Of a stretch of DNA of 64,000 nucleotides, positions 1-9,931 are shown piece by piece. The stretch comes from Spirochaetia bacterium (GTDB lineage: Bacteria > Spirochaetota > Spirochaetia > UBA9216), in NCBI GenBank assembly GCA_965140585.1, contig OZ223265.1, forward strand, positions 320,001 through 384,000. The letters run 5' to 3'. A program made the position numbers and the translations under genes. A model generated the notes under the pieces. It ran no database searches, was not told the origin of the DNA, and saw only the letters and a program-made list of their open reading frames with translations. The first letter of the stretch is position 1. The number at the start of each line of letters is the position of its first letter.

Positions 1-363
1 GATTAGAAGAACTACACGTTTATCGGCGGTAAAGGCCTGACCGATTTTCCCCATACGGATATAATCATCAATACGGCTTACATCACGATCTGAATCACCG
101 AAACGGCTGTCATTAAGTCTTGTCAGAGTATCATACTGGTAGAGGGCATCAACCAGCTTCATACTTGATTTAACATTCAGAATAATAAGCGGCATATTCA
201 AGCTGTCGGCAACCGCATGAGCGAGCATCGTCTTTCCAGTTCCAGGCTCCCCTTTTAAAAGCAGGGGCATTTCCAGCTGAATTGAAATATTAACTATATC
301 AGACAGCTCGCCGTCAAGAACGTAACTGCCCGAACCGCTGAAAATTTGTTTATCTGATGACAT
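1..363 (-). CDS. MoxR-family AAA+ ATPase, 5' part (runs off the window edge)
   Basis: Not in the ORF track. Manual translation from ATG at 363: MSSDKQIFSGSGSYVLDGELSDIVNISIQLEMPLLLKGEPGTGKTMLAHAVA...YQYDTLTRLNDSRFG...RVVLLI. Walker A GEPGTGKT; the frame ends just before Walker B. Confidence 0.88.
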   Translation of the reverse strand, partial: MSSDKQIFSGSGSYVLDGELSDIVNISIQLEMPLLLKGEPGTGKTMLAHAVADSLNMPLIILNVKSSMKLVDALYQYDTLTRLNDSRFGDSDRDVSRIDDYIRMGKIGQAFTADKRVVLLI

Positions 364-374
364 AAAAAATCCTG

Positions 375-1340
375 TTACTGCTTGTGGTTTCTGAGTCTGA
401 GAAGTTCGTTCGCCGTATCTTCATCAGTGATAAGCGAGTTGATATATCCGCCGTTGATAGCTCCGAGAATAGGCAAAGCCTTTTCTTTTCCGGAGGTAAC
501 ACCGATTCTAAGCGGAATAGCCTTCAGCTCCTCAAGAGATATTGCCATTACCCGGTCGGCAATACTGCTTTTTACAACTTTGCCCTTCAGATCATAATGA
601 CGGCAGAGGATATCGCCCACTGCACCTGCAAGCTTCAATTCGTGGTTCTCCTCACGTGTGATCGAACCGGTGACAACAAGCGAAGCCGTGTCGCTGAAAT
701 CTCCTATACCGACAAGAGCCTTTGTACAGCTGCGTCCCAGTGTCAGGGCTTCATTGATGCTTGAATCGCGGATAAGAGCCTTCTTAATGTCCAGATGTGC
801 AACAACAGCCGGAGTATTCAGCCATATCCCCTTTGCACTCAGTTTGGAAACCATCATTTCCATAACCTTCTGAGGCAGAAGCTCTCCGCCGGTGTTCATT
901 CCGCCGCTGAGCTGCACAACTGTCAAGTCACGGTCCTTCACAGGCCTTATGGCCATACCGACATGAAAAAGGTTTCTTCCCCAGGAACATCCGATTATAT
1001 CGCCGTCCTGCAGATTCTGTTCAAGGAAACCTGCACATGCTACACCTACGCCTTCCCGTGTATCTTCGGGGTTATCACCCTGCGGAACAACCCGGACAAG
1101 GTCCAGATCAAAGGTTTCACGTACCATTTCTTCTATTTCAAAGCAGGTTCTGAATGTTCTGCTGATATTTATCTCGACAACACCCTCATCCTTTGCCTGG
1201 GCAAGGAGTCTGGTGACTTTTGTCCTTGAAAAATCTAACTTCCTGGCAATCTCTTCCTGTGTAAGGCCCTGTATATAGTACATCCAGGCGATTCGGGCCA
1301 GGAGAGATATTTTTCTATGCGAACTGGTTTTCTCACTCAT
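375..1340 (-). CDS. SorC/DeoR-type sugar-binding transcriptional regulator (LsrR/CggR-like)
   Basis: N-terminal HTH (YYIQGLTQEEIARKLDFSRTKVTRLL), then sugar-binding domain motifs SWGRNL, GAVGDI, SLITDEDTA. Confidence 0.92.
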   Translation of the reverse strand: MSEKTSSHRKISLLARIAWMYYIQGLTQEEIARKLDFSRTKVTRLLAQAKDEGVVEINISRTFRTCFEIEEMVRETFDLDLVRVVPQGDNPEDTREGVGVACAGFLEQNLQDGDIIGCSWGRNLFHVGMAIRPVKDRDLTVVQLSGGMNTGGELLPQKVMEMMVSKLSAKGIWLNTPAVVAHLDIKKALIRDSSINEALTLGRSCTKALVGIGDFSDTASLVVTGSITREENHELKLAGAVGDILCRHYDLKGKVVKSSIADRVMAISLEELKAIPLRIGVTSGKEKALPILGAINGGYINSLITDEDTANELLRLRNHKQ

Positions 1341-1437
1341 TGCATAACTTTAACCATATATTGTAGAGAAAATCAACTAAAAAGTTTGACATTTGTGCAT
1401 TTTTTTACTCTGTAACCAATGTGCGGATTCAGCGGAT

Positions 1438-1476
1438 AAAAAAAGAGCTGAACAGAACATTTGTTCCGCCCAGCCC
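1438..1476 (-). terminator. Intrinsic terminator after the serine protease gene
   Basis: Minus strand reads GGGCTGGGCGGAAC-AAAT-GTTCTGTTCAGCTC followed by a T run; the stem includes G-U pairs. Confidence 0.7.
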
Positions 1477-1501
1477 GCAATTAACACAACTAATTTACCT
1501 A

Positions 1502-2992
1502 TCAGGAAGCAGCCCTTATCATTTTCAGCCAGGCTTCCGGTATCATCGAAACTGGGTATATATAGCCCATTGAGCTGTTGTCCGAATCGATGACAAAGCC
1601 GGGAAAACCGATTAGCTCAAAGTAACTGTCTATCACTGCACCTCCGGAGTTTCCGCTGTTGATAAGGCTGTCGGTTTTCACCAGCAGACCGCTTGAGGTA
1701 AGCTCAAAACCGCTTACTATGCCGGTAGTAAAAGTAACCGAAGTCCTGGAGCCGCTGCCTCCTATAGCCGGGAAGCCTATGGTTCCGACCGGCTGACCTA
1801 TGCGCAGCCTTGAGGAATCCCCGATGCTCAGAAAAGGAAAACTGTAGCCGAAGGGAAGCTCCTGACCATAGAGTCCGCCGCTGACTTTCAGCAGGGCAAG
1901 ATCGAGCTCTTCATCGTACTCCAGTACCGACAGACTGAACAGCTCCTGCGGAGGATAGCGTTCATCAAAGGTCAGAGCAGCGTACAGCGCATCCGACGGA
2001 TTCCCGTCAGGACCGCGAATTACATGCCAGTTTGTAATTATCAGACCGTCACGGCTTACTAAGCAGCCGGAGCCCTTTCCATTTGATGATATAACCTCTA
2101 CCACCGCCTGAAGTGCAGAGCCGAAGCTGCTGTCTTCCGAAGGAGCGGAAGGGATCTGCAGAAGTGCCTCAGGAACATCTGCCCCGTATGTAATATAAAT
2201 AGAAAACTTCTGCGGGATGTCATGGACTACCTGATCGGTAAAGGAAATAAAATACTTTCCCGGAATCAGTCTGGCACCGTCCATTCCGCGGACAATCAGA
2301 CTTTCATTGCCGAGAAGGCTTTCTGCAGCATACATAGCCTCAGCCCGGGTCTTGGCCGGAGTTTTCATTGAAGCAAATATATCTATATCAGCGTTTGTAT
2401 CAAAAACATCAATTCTAAAGCTCTCTGTTCCGGCCGGAATGTTTACAGCGGCTGTGAGATACATTCCGTTTTCCGGCAGCAGTTCAAGATTATAACGCTG
2501 ACCTTCAACCGCTGTAACTTGCGGATCGGCAGAGATAATTTCGCATTTAATGGAAAAGTCCACAGAAGTACGGGTTTCACCGTCAATCACCGGAAGATAA
2601 TCGAACTGATAGGCAACCTTGACAAAGTAGATGCCGGTATCAAGACCGGGGTCATCCATCCTTGTAACAAAGAGTTCTTCGTTATAGTCTTCAGTTTCCG
2701 CAACATAAAGGGCATCTGAAGCCTGCTCAGCAGGAGCACCGGGATTGATAAAAAGATCCAGATCCGCAGAAGCACCGGAAAGGCTGATCCTAAGACCGTA
2801 GGCATTTTTCGGGATTCGTATCCTGAAGTTTTCAGACTGTTCTGTAAAACTGCCGGAAAGGTCGATAGTGCCGTTCAGGCTCTGTCCATTGTTAAGATCT
2901 GTATATCGGATTCCCTTGTAGGTCTTTTCTGCTGAAACGTTAAAAACCGAAAGCAGGAAACAGAATGCAAGTAATAAAACTTTTGACTTCAC
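1502..2992 (-). CDS. Secreted trypsin-like (S1) serine protease with N-terminal PPC-type beta-sandwich domains
   Basis: Signal peptide; two ADLDLF/ADIDIF PPC-like repeats; catalytic triad motifs TNWHVI, DLALLK, NSGNSGG. GTG start. Confidence 0.85.
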   Translation of the reverse strand: MKSKVLLLAFCFLLSVFNVSAEKTYKGIRYTDLNNGQSLNGTIDLSGSFTEQSENFRIRIPKNAYGLRISLSGASADLDLFINPGAPAEQASDALYVAETEDYNEELFVTRMDDPGLDTGIYFVKVAYQFDYLPVIDGETRTSVDFSIKCEIISADPQVTAVEGQRYNLELLPENGMYLTAAVNIPAGTESFRIDVFDTNADIDIFASMKTPAKTRAEAMYAAESLLGNESLIVRGMDGARLIPGKYFISFTDQVVHDIPQKFSIYITYGADVPEALLQIPSAPSEDSSFGSALQAVVEVISSNGKGSGCLVSRDGLIITNWHVIRGPDGNPSDALYAALTFDERYPPQELFSLSVLEYDEELDLALLKVSGGLYGQELPFGYSFPFLSIGDSSRLRIGQPVGTIGFPAIGGSGSRTSVTFTTGIVSGFELTSSGLLVKTDSLINSGNSGGAVIDSYFELIGFPGFVIDSDNSSMGYIYPVSMIPEAWLKMIRAAS

Positions 2993-3083
2993 GTGTCTTA
3001 CCTCGATGGAAAATATAGCACACTTTATCTCTATTGCCTATTGTGATTAAGGGATTTATAATTTCCACAAATAAGGAGTAATT

Positions 3084-4868
3084 ATGAATAATGATATTCC
3101 AAAATGGAAAGCGGAAAATCCCTACAAGGGCTTTGATGACCCCGATTACCTTTTACTTAAAAGAGAACTTAAAGAATATACAGAAAAGCTTAATAAAGCG
3201 GTTACAGATCACAGCGGACATCTTACCGCAGAAAAACTCACAGAAATAATGAAGATGTACAACGCGGCATCCGACCGTTTTGAGGAACTCGATTCCTATA
3301 TATACTGCTGTCATTCCGTCGACACATCCGACCAGAAAAGCCTGAATGAAATGAATGAATTTGAGGGAATGTCAGTTCCCTTGCAGTCCTTCAGGGTAAA
3401 ATTCAGGGACTTGCTGGCTGCCGAGGGTGAAAGCATCTCCATTCTTATTAAAAATGATCCGTATCTCTCAAAATTCTCATTCTTCTTTGAAGAGGAGATA
3501 CTTCTCCAGAAACACCAGATGACAGCCGAGATGGAAGAATTTGCCGCAGATCTGGCCAGATGCGGGGCTGAATCATGGACAAGACTGCATAACAACATCA
3601 CTTCCACAGCATCAGCCCTCTGGGATGAGAAAACAGGAGAAATGAAGACGGCTACCCAGCTGCGGGCCCTGGCCTTTTCTCCTGATGCTGAAACAAGAAA
3701 AAGAGCCTGGGAACTTGAGAACGTAATATGGAAGGATAACGAAGTTCCCCTTGCATTTGCTCTCAATGGGGTTAAAGGATTCAGCACCGCTGTAAACTCA
3801 AGACGCAGCTTTGAATCAACACTCCAACGTTCAACCATGCAGTCCAGAATAAGCACTAAGACCCTTGAGTCCCTCATCGGTTCACTAACAGATTCACTGC
3901 CGGTATTCAGACGCTATATGCGTCTTAAAGCAGGACTTCTGGGACGAAAGACCCTGCCTTTCTTTGACCTGTTCGCCCCTGTTGGAACTTCGGATAAGGT
4001 ATGGAGCTTTAAGGAGGCATCTGATTTTATAGTTGAAAAATTTACAGCCTTCAGCAGCGACCTGGGTGAGCTTGCATCAACAGCCTTCCGCGAAGGATGG
4101 ATTGATGCCCTTCCGCGTAAAAATAAGATAGGCGGAGCATACTGTGCCGGCCTCCCGGTCGCAGGCGCCTCCAGAATAATGAGCAATTTTGACGGCTCAT
4201 TCAGCGGACTTACAACAGTCGCCCACGAACTAGGTCATGCATACCATAACTATGTGCTTAAAAACGAGGAAGGACTCCACCGCGACTTTCCTATGACGCT
4301 CGCAGAAACCGCTTCAATATTCTGTGAAACCATTGTCTTTGAGGAATCACTTAAAACCTCCCCGGAAAGCGACAAACTGGGAATTATTGAAACCGAACTG
4401 ATGGAAGCCAACCAGGTTGTTGTCGACATCCTTTCAAGGTTCATCTTTGAAAAGGAAATTATGGAGAGACGAAAGACCGGAGAACTCTCTGCTTCGGACT
4501 TCTGCAGCATAATGCTTGATGCACAGATGAAGACCTACGGAGACGCTATGGATCCGGATTATATGCACCCCTACATGTGGGCGGTAAAGGGACATTACTA
4601 TCGTCAGGACCTGGCATTTTACAACTTTCCCTATGCTTTCGGAAAACTCTTCGGTATGGGCCTATACTCGCTCTATCTGAAAGAGGGTGATTCATTCCCC
4701 GAAAAATACCGCAATCTGCTTCTTATGACCGGAAAAGATAGCGCAGAACAGGTGACATTAACAGCCGGCTTTGATATAACAAGTAAAGACTTCTGGATGC
4801 AGGGTATCGACCTTATTGAAAAAAAGGTCGATGAGTTCGAAGAACTCTGCAGCAGAAACATGGGGTAA
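3084..4868 (+). CDS. pepF: M3 family oligoendopeptidase F
   Basis: HELGH zinc motif, KIGGAYC, LAETASIFCE, FYNFPYAFG; AAGGAG SD upstream. Confidence 0.92.
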   Translation: MNNDIPKWKAENPYKGFDDPDYLLLKRELKEYTEKLNKAVTDHSGHLTAEKLTEIMKMYNAASDRFEELDSYIYCCHSVDTSDQKSLNEMNEFEGMSVPLQSFRVKFRDLLAAEGESISILIKNDPYLSKFSFFFEEEILLQKHQMTAEMEEFAADLARCGAESWTRLHNNITSTASALWDEKTGEMKTATQLRALAFSPDAETRKRAWELENVIWKDNEVPLAFALNGVKGFSTAVNSRRSFESTLQRSTMQSRISTKTLESLIGSLTDSLPVFRRYMRLKAGLLGRKTLPFFDLFAPVGTSDKVWSFKEASDFIVEKFTAFSSDLGELASTAFREGWIDALPRKNKIGGAYCAGLPVAGASRIMSNFDGSFSGLTTVAHELGHAYHNYVLKNEEGLHRDFPMTLAETASIFCETIVFEESLKTSPESDKLGIIETELMEANQVVVDILSRFIFEKEIMERRKTGELSASDFCSIMLDAQMKTYGDAMDPDYMHPYMWAVKGHYYRQDLAFYNFPYAFGKLFGMGLYSLYLKEGDSFPEKYRNLLLMTGKDSAEQVTLTAGFDITSKDFWMQGIDLIEKKVDEFEELCSRNMG

Positions 4869-4875
4869 TTTTTTT

Positions 4876-5964
4876 ATGGAGAAACCAAACGGCAAGAAAG
4901 TCGGCATAATAAACGCAGGAGCCTGGGGCACTGCAATCGGAAAAGTACTTGGAGATTTGGGACATGATGTAACTATGTGGGATTTCATGGCCGATGTCGT
5001 CTCCGAGATAAACAGCAAACACTCAAACTCCCGCTATCTGCTGGGAGTCAATCTGAAGGAAACTGTAAAAGCAACCACTGAGCTTACAGAAGCTGCTTCA
5101 GATAAAGATTTTATTATTATTGCGACCCCTTCACTGTACATCCTGGATATAGTGAAGAAACTCGTACCCATTCCCGACATAATGGAAGGAAAACCGGCAA
5201 TCGGAGTCCTTACCAAGGGATTTATACAGACTCCAACTGGGCCTATGCTTATAACAAGAGCAATGGAATCATACCTTCCCGGTTTCTACAAGGACAGCCT
5301 GGTTTACATTTCAGGTCCGAGCCATGCCGAGGAAGTATCAAGGGGAAAGATTACAGGTCTTATCAGCGCCAGTAAAAGCGGGCTGAACTCTATCAGGTTC
5401 AGGGAACTGCTAACAGGCTCAAACCTCCTGGTGTACTCTTCTTTAGATGTCGAGGGTGTTCAGACCTGCGGTGCCGTAAAAAATGTTATTGCAATTGCAT
5501 ACGGAATACTCGATGCACTGAGTGAAATATCAGACAACTTCGGAGATAACACCGAATCGCTGCTGCTCGCTGCAGGTCTTAACGAGATTCAGATACTCGG
5601 TAAAACCCTGGGTTCAGAATACCCGGAAACCTTCACAAGCATTGCAGGTGTTGGCGATCTTGATGTTACCTGCCGAAGTATTCACGGCAGAAACCGGAAA
5701 TTCGGACGCGAGATCATAAAGGCCCATGTCCTTGACAGCTTTGATTCTCTGGATGATCTTATAGCCAACATTTCAAGAATCGGATATCTGCCGGAGGGTG
5801 TGGTTGCCGCCCGTTTTGTAAAGCAGATAACAGAAATATCAAAACTGAAACTTCCAATTTCGGAAGCAGTCTACCGGATCCTAAATAAAGAGCAGATGCC
5901 GATGCAGGCAGTTCAGGATATTGTAAAAAGCCTCAGTACGCAGGCTTCTTCGAAAGAACTTTAA
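4876..5964 (+). CDS. gpsA: NAD(P)H-dependent glycerol-3-phosphate dehydrogenase
   Basis: AGAWGTA Rossmann motif, SGPSHAEEV, GAVKNVIAIA, GVGDLDVTC, RN. ATG 4876 preferred over the ORF-track start at 4816. Confidence 0.93.
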   Translation: MEKPNGKKVGIINAGAWGTAIGKVLGDLGHDVTMWDFMADVVSEINSKHSNSRYLLGVNLKETVKATTELTEAASDKDFIIIATPSLYILDIVKKLVPIPDIMEGKPAIGVLTKGFIQTPTGPMLITRAMESYLPGFYKDSLVYISGPSHAEEVSRGKITGLISASKSGLNSIRFRELLTGSNLLVYSSLDVEGVQTCGAVKNVIAIAYGILDALSEISDNFGDNTESLLLAAGLNEIQILGKTLGSEYPETFTSIAGVGDLDVTCRSIHGRNRKFGREIIKAHVLDSFDSLDDLIANISRIGYLPEGVVAARFVKQITEISKLKLPISEAVYRILNKEQMPMQAVQDIVKSLSTQASSKEL

Positions 5965-7261
5965 GCCGCTGCATATCGGCGCGCGTAAAGCCTTCCCATT
6001 CCATGGGGAAGAAGCTGTTGTTGTGAAACAGCGGCTCTTCCTCAATCGGATACCGGCATTCTTTAACACATTCATTCCATAATGGAGAACCGGGAACCGG
6101 CGAAAACTCGGAAACCGAGAGCCGCACACCTGTCCTAGAAGCAAAGCGGATCGACTGCTCAACTTCATCCGCTTTTTGACGCGGAAGACCTGCCAGCAGG
6201 TAGACTATTATCTGATTTCTCTCAAAACCGGCATCGGTAAGCATTTCAATACGGTCGTAAAAATCCTGGATACCGAACTTCCTGTCGTGGTTTTCATGAA
6301 AATCATCTGAAGAGCTCTCAAACCCCAGACGGATTTCCCGAAATCCAGCCTTCTTCATCAGATCAGCAGCTTCAGTATCCATATAGCGGATATGCATGGC
6401 ATTGGGTGAATAAAAACTGTACTGAACGCCACTCTTTTCTGATTCATGTATTATTCCCTCAAGAAAGGGTTTAAACACGTCATCTGAACGAAAAAGAAGG
6501 GCATCGTCATAAAATGCAAAATTAAAAGTGCCGTGGACTCTGTTTACCATTTTTATCCATTCGACTGCAGTATCCGGACGGCCCTGATAAAACCCGTCGG
6601 TGAGTTTAAAAGAAGCGCAGTAATCACAGCGCAGCGGACATCCGGAATTAAGATTGATAATTGCAGAGTTATCCCAGACAGGCCCGTCGGAGGGCAGCCG
6701 CCCGGCCTCCACTGAGATCCCCGGCAGAGCCCTTTGCTTCAGCCATAGGTCAAGCCCGGCTCCGGCTGTCCCGGTGTTAACAAAATCAGAGCCGGTTACA
6801 GCTGTGCAGTGCTCCGGCATCAGGCTTGCATAGACTCCTCCTGTGATTACAGGGACATCAGGCCACAGCCTTTTTGCAATTTCAGAAGCCTCCACTGCCC
6901 CCTCATACCAGTATGTCATCCCTGTAGAGATAAAAACAGCATCCGGTGTGTTCTCCGACATCCTGCGTTCAAGCTCAACCCGACCAATACCGTAACAGGC
7001 AAAATTACGGGGAATATTATTCAGTGCATCAGGTTTTTTAACAAGGGTTCTTATAAATTTCCCTGTTCCGTTCTCTTTGGTCTTCCCCGGAGCATGCTCA
7101 AGAGAATTTATAAGCTCAACCTTCCAGCCTGCGGCCGAAAGCATGGCATGCAGCCTCATCAGACCATATGGCTTAAGATAGAGATCAAATAATGCAAACT
7201 CATAGACATTCGGATATATTAGAAGGGCAGAAGGCCGGTCCGGTCTTCCGCGATCAGTCAT
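5933..7261 (-). CDS. Radical SAM protein with N-terminal B12-binding-like domain
   Basis: CPLRCDYC cluster motif, GGVYASL, FYDDALL, LGFES. 3' end overlaps gpsA convergently by about 32 bp. Confidence 0.85.
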   Translation of the reverse strand: MTDRGRPDRPSALLIYPNVYEFALFDLYLKPYGLMRLHAMLSAAGWKVELINSLEHAPGKTKENGTGKFIRTLVKKPDALNNIPRNFACYGIGRVELERRMSENTPDAVFISTGMTYWYEGAVEASEIAKRLWPDVPVITGGVYASLMPEHCTAVTGSDFVNTGTAGAGLDLWLKQRALPGISVEAGRLPSDGPVWDNSAIINLNSGCPLRCDYCASFKLTDGFYQGRPDTAVEWIKMVNRVHGTFNFAFYDDALLFRSDDVFKPFLEGIIHESEKSGVQYSFYSPNAMHIRYMDTEAADLMKKAGFREIRLGFESSSDDFHENHDRKFGIQDFYDRIEMLTDAGFERNQIIVYLLAGLPRQKADEVEQSIRFASRTGVRLSVSEFSPVPGSPLWNECVKECRYPIEEEPLFHNNSFFPMEWEGFTRADMQRLKVLSKKPAY

Positions 7262-7616
7262 CGCGCCTCACTGTATCCGGTGAGAATGCCGGAAGGCAGA
7301 CTGCAATATACTCAGCACCTTCAGGCTCGGGCGAGCTGTAGCGGACCCATTCACCTGCAGTTATGTGGACGCCTTCGCCGGCGCCTACCGTAAAATTTCC
7401 GGTTTCAGTTTCGACAAGAAGCTTTCCTGCAAGGACAACTGTATACTCATCAAATTCTGGCCGCTGTCCCGGTTCAACCCAGCCGCCGGGGCTCTTCATC
7501 TTTGCAATACTGACAGAACTGTCTCCGCTGTTAACCAGTCCGAAAAACTCTTCAATACGTTTCGGCATGTTTCCGGCAGATTCAACTACCGAAGGCTTAT
7601 CTATTTTGATACTCAT
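7254..7616 (-). CDS. Cupin domain protein (EutQ-like)
   Basis: EPGQRPEFDEYTVVLAG...GEWVRYSSP; overlaps the radical SAM start, suggesting translational coupling. Confidence 0.8.
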   Translation of the reverse strand: MSIKIDKPSVVESAGNMPKRIEEFFGLVNSGDSSVSIAKMKSPGGWVEPGQRPEFDEYTVVLAGKLLVETETGNFTVGAGEGVHITAGEWVRYSSPEPEGAEYIAVCLPAFSPDTVRRDD

Positions 7617-7694
7617 GAATTAATAATAACGTACAATTATTGCGGTGTCACGCAATGAAAGGGACATAATTTTACAAATTTGTGAAGATTTTCC

Positions 7695-7722
7695 TTGCAT
7701 TTTTACAATTCTGGTTTAGAAT
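7695..7722 (+). promoter_or_regulatory. Putative sigma70 promoter
   Basis: TTGCAT-N16-TAGAAT, about 315 nt upstream of the next CDS. Confidence 0.45.
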
Positions 7723-7728
7723 AAATTC

Positions 7729-7970
7729 ACATCCAAAATGAGAGAACAATTCATAACTTATCAAAGATTATTTTTTCACATAAAAGGTTGATTAATAGAG
7801 GAGCTGTTTAGACGTTTCCGGAGGTTGGTTGAAAAAAGAGGCGTTTAAACTACTTTTCAGGGGGAGATTTAAAAAAAGCCCCTCAGGGGAAAGGAGGTAG
7901 CAAAACCCTGAGGGGAATATCTAAAAAAAGGAGGTTAATGAAAAAAACTCCACGCTTCATAAATAGGAAC
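7729..7970 (+). ncRNA. Candidate structured sRNA or leader with GGA-bearing hairpin loops (strand uncertain)
   Basis: Hairpin 7806-7850 (13 bp with G-U pairs, loop CGGAGG...) and hairpin 7879-7915 (10 bp perfect, loop AAAGGAGG); eight GGA trinucleotides in 7800-7968. Confidence 0.35.
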
Positions 7971-8037
7971 AACATAGCCTGGTAAAGGTTACAAATCATT
8001 TAAAAAAAAGTTATAATTTTTCCGGACGGATAAAAAA

Positions 8038-9102
8038 ATGAAAATCATCAAGGCAGTTCTTATACCCATAGCGGTCATTCTTTTTCTTTTTATTGCATTT
8101 CTTCTTTTTTTCACAGTTACAGAATATAAGCCCGATTCAGTTGAAAAACTCAGTTCTATCAGCAGCCCCGTTATCACCACATCAAACCCGGGCGGTATCA
8201 GCATACTTTCCTGGAATATCGGCTACTGCGGACTCGACAGGGATAATGATTTTGTAATGGAAGGCGGGAAAAACAGCAGGGCAGAGTCAGTGGAAGCTGT
8301 GAGAAAATCGCTTGACGGAATACTTGAATTTGCCCAGCTCCAGGAACCGGACATCTATTTTATCCAGGAGGCCGACAGCGGTTCCAGAAGATCATTTAAT
8401 ATAGATCAGGTTAAAACTATTACTTCAGTTCTTGGGCAGTATGAAGCCTGGTACGGGATAAACTACAAATCACTCTTTGTTCCTTATCCCGCCTCCTCGC
8501 CCATGGGGAAGGTAAAATCAGGAATTTTGACACTGTCACGATTCAGTACAGATTCGGCACAGAGGCTGAGCCTCCCGGGCAGTTTCGGATGGCCGGTTAA
8601 GCTTTTTCATCTTAAAAGATGCGCCGTAATTACAAGATTTCCTTCTGCCGTTGAAGGAAAAGACTGGTGCATTGTCAATCTGCATCTGAGCGCCTACGGT
8701 GACGGCAGCATGAGAGAACAGCAGCTTGAATATGTAAAACAGCTGCTTACCGGGCTGTATAATGAAGGACATTATGTTGTCGCCGGCGGCGACTGGAACT
8801 CGATTTTCCCGGGAATGGATATGGACAGCTTCGGACCCTATACAACTCCTGCTGAAAACCTGTTCTGGGTTAAGTCGATTCCGGATGGATGGACGCCTGC
8901 CGACTGGCAGTGGTGCTATGACAGAGATATTCCTACCTCGAGATCACTTGAAAAACCGTACAGAGGCGGTGAAAACTTTACAACTGTAATTGACGGCTTC
9001 CTGGTTTCGCCCAACCTGAAGGTTGACGACATAAGGGGATTTAATCTGGGCTTTGAATATACAGACCACAACCCGGTATCACTGACTGTCAGTATCAGAT
9101 AA
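8038..9102 (+). CDS. Endonuclease/exonuclease/phosphatase family protein with N-terminal membrane anchor
   Basis: SWNIGY, FIQEAD, NLHLSAY, GGDWN, IDGFLVS, TDHNPV motifs. Confidence 0.9.
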   Translation: MKIIKAVLIPIAVILFLFIAFLLFFTVTEYKPDSVEKLSSISSPVITTSNPGGISILSWNIGYCGLDRDNDFVMEGGKNSRAESVEAVRKSLDGILEFAQLQEPDIYFIQEADSGSRRSFNIDQVKTITSVLGQYEAWYGINYKSLFVPYPASSPMGKVKSGILTLSRFSTDSAQRLSLPGSFGWPVKLFHLKRCAVITRFPSAVEGKDWCIVNLHLSAYGDGSMREQQLEYVKQLLTGLYNEGHYVVAGGDWNSIFPGMDMDSFGPYTTPAENLFWVKSIPDGWTPADWQWCYDRDIPTSRSLEKPYRGGENFTTVIDGFLVSPNLKVDDIRGFNLGFEYTDHNPVSLTVSIR

Positions 9103-9123
9103 TCAGTTAGGTTTGAATTGGGC

Positions 9124-9930
9124 TCAGTAAACAGAATCTATTAAGAGGCTGCCGTCCCAGTTGAGATAGGCGGCCTTTATTTTATCATTTTCAAAAATCA
9201 GCGCTGATGCATTCGCCTCATTCAGGCCCATAGCCGTATCAACGCAGATATATCTGCCGTCAAGACGGCTTTTTATCTGCCCATCCACCGACGGTGTATG
9301 GCCGCAAACCCAGGTTTCCGCTTCATTAGCCTTAAGAAAGTCACCCAGTGCAAGTTCATAATTCAGGTCGGCCTTCCGTACTTCACGGCTCCAGATTATT
9401 CTGTTTTCACCCTGATCTCCGTATTTAAGTGACTTTTCGAACAGCTCCCAGCTGGTCTTTTCTACTTCATCAACAGTCATTTCGGCGTACTCTGCAGGAA
9501 AATCAGCATGTGCGACAATAAAGGGTTCTTTTTTTACTATGAAATGCTGCTTTAAAAGCCAGTCATAGACCCAGCCGCCCCGGGAAAAGGCTTTCAATTT
9601 TTCCGCAGAGCCGTCACTATCAGCCGATTCTGCATATGATCGTGTTTCGGCTTCGGTGTTGTAAAAATAGTATCCGCAGATGTTCATTACCTCATGGTTT
9701 CCGATGATGAAATCAACTGAGGAACCGAAGGCCGGAGCCTGCTGCTGCCATTTCATTATACTGCTGTAGATGATCGCAGAATCAGTCCCTCGGTCGCATA
9801 CATCACCGGTAAAAACCAGAGACACACCAGCCATCTTCCAGTTCATATCTTCGTCTACAAGCCCCAGAGCCGTCACAATCCTTTTAAGAGGATAAGGATT
9901 ACCATGAATATCGCCGATTACTGCTATCAA
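9124..9930 (-). CDS. Calcineurin-like metallophosphoesterase (Shewanella-like phosphatase type)
   Basis: GDIHG, GDVCDRG, GNHE, GHT, VDTAM motifs; directly downstream of pfkA. Confidence 0.88.
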   Translation of the reverse strand: MIAVIGDIHGNPYPLKRIVTALGLVDEDMNWKMAGVSLVFTGDVCDRGTDSAIIYSSIMKWQQQAPAFGSSVDFIIGNHEVMNICGYYFYNTEAETRSYAESADSDGSAEKLKAFSRGGWVYDWLLKQHFIVKKEPFIVAHADFPAEYAEMTVDEVEKTSWELFEKSLKYGDQGENRIIWSREVRKADLNYELALGDFLKANEAETWVCGHTPSVDGQIKSRLDGRYICVDTAMGLNEANASALIFENDKIKAAYLNWDGSLLIDSVY

Positions 9931-9931
9931 A

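Noticed and set aside
7938-7985. 15-aa ORF MKKTPRFINRNNIAW behind AGGAGG
   Set aside because: SD-to-ATG spacing is only 3 nt and there is no informative codon run; considered only as part of the structured element.
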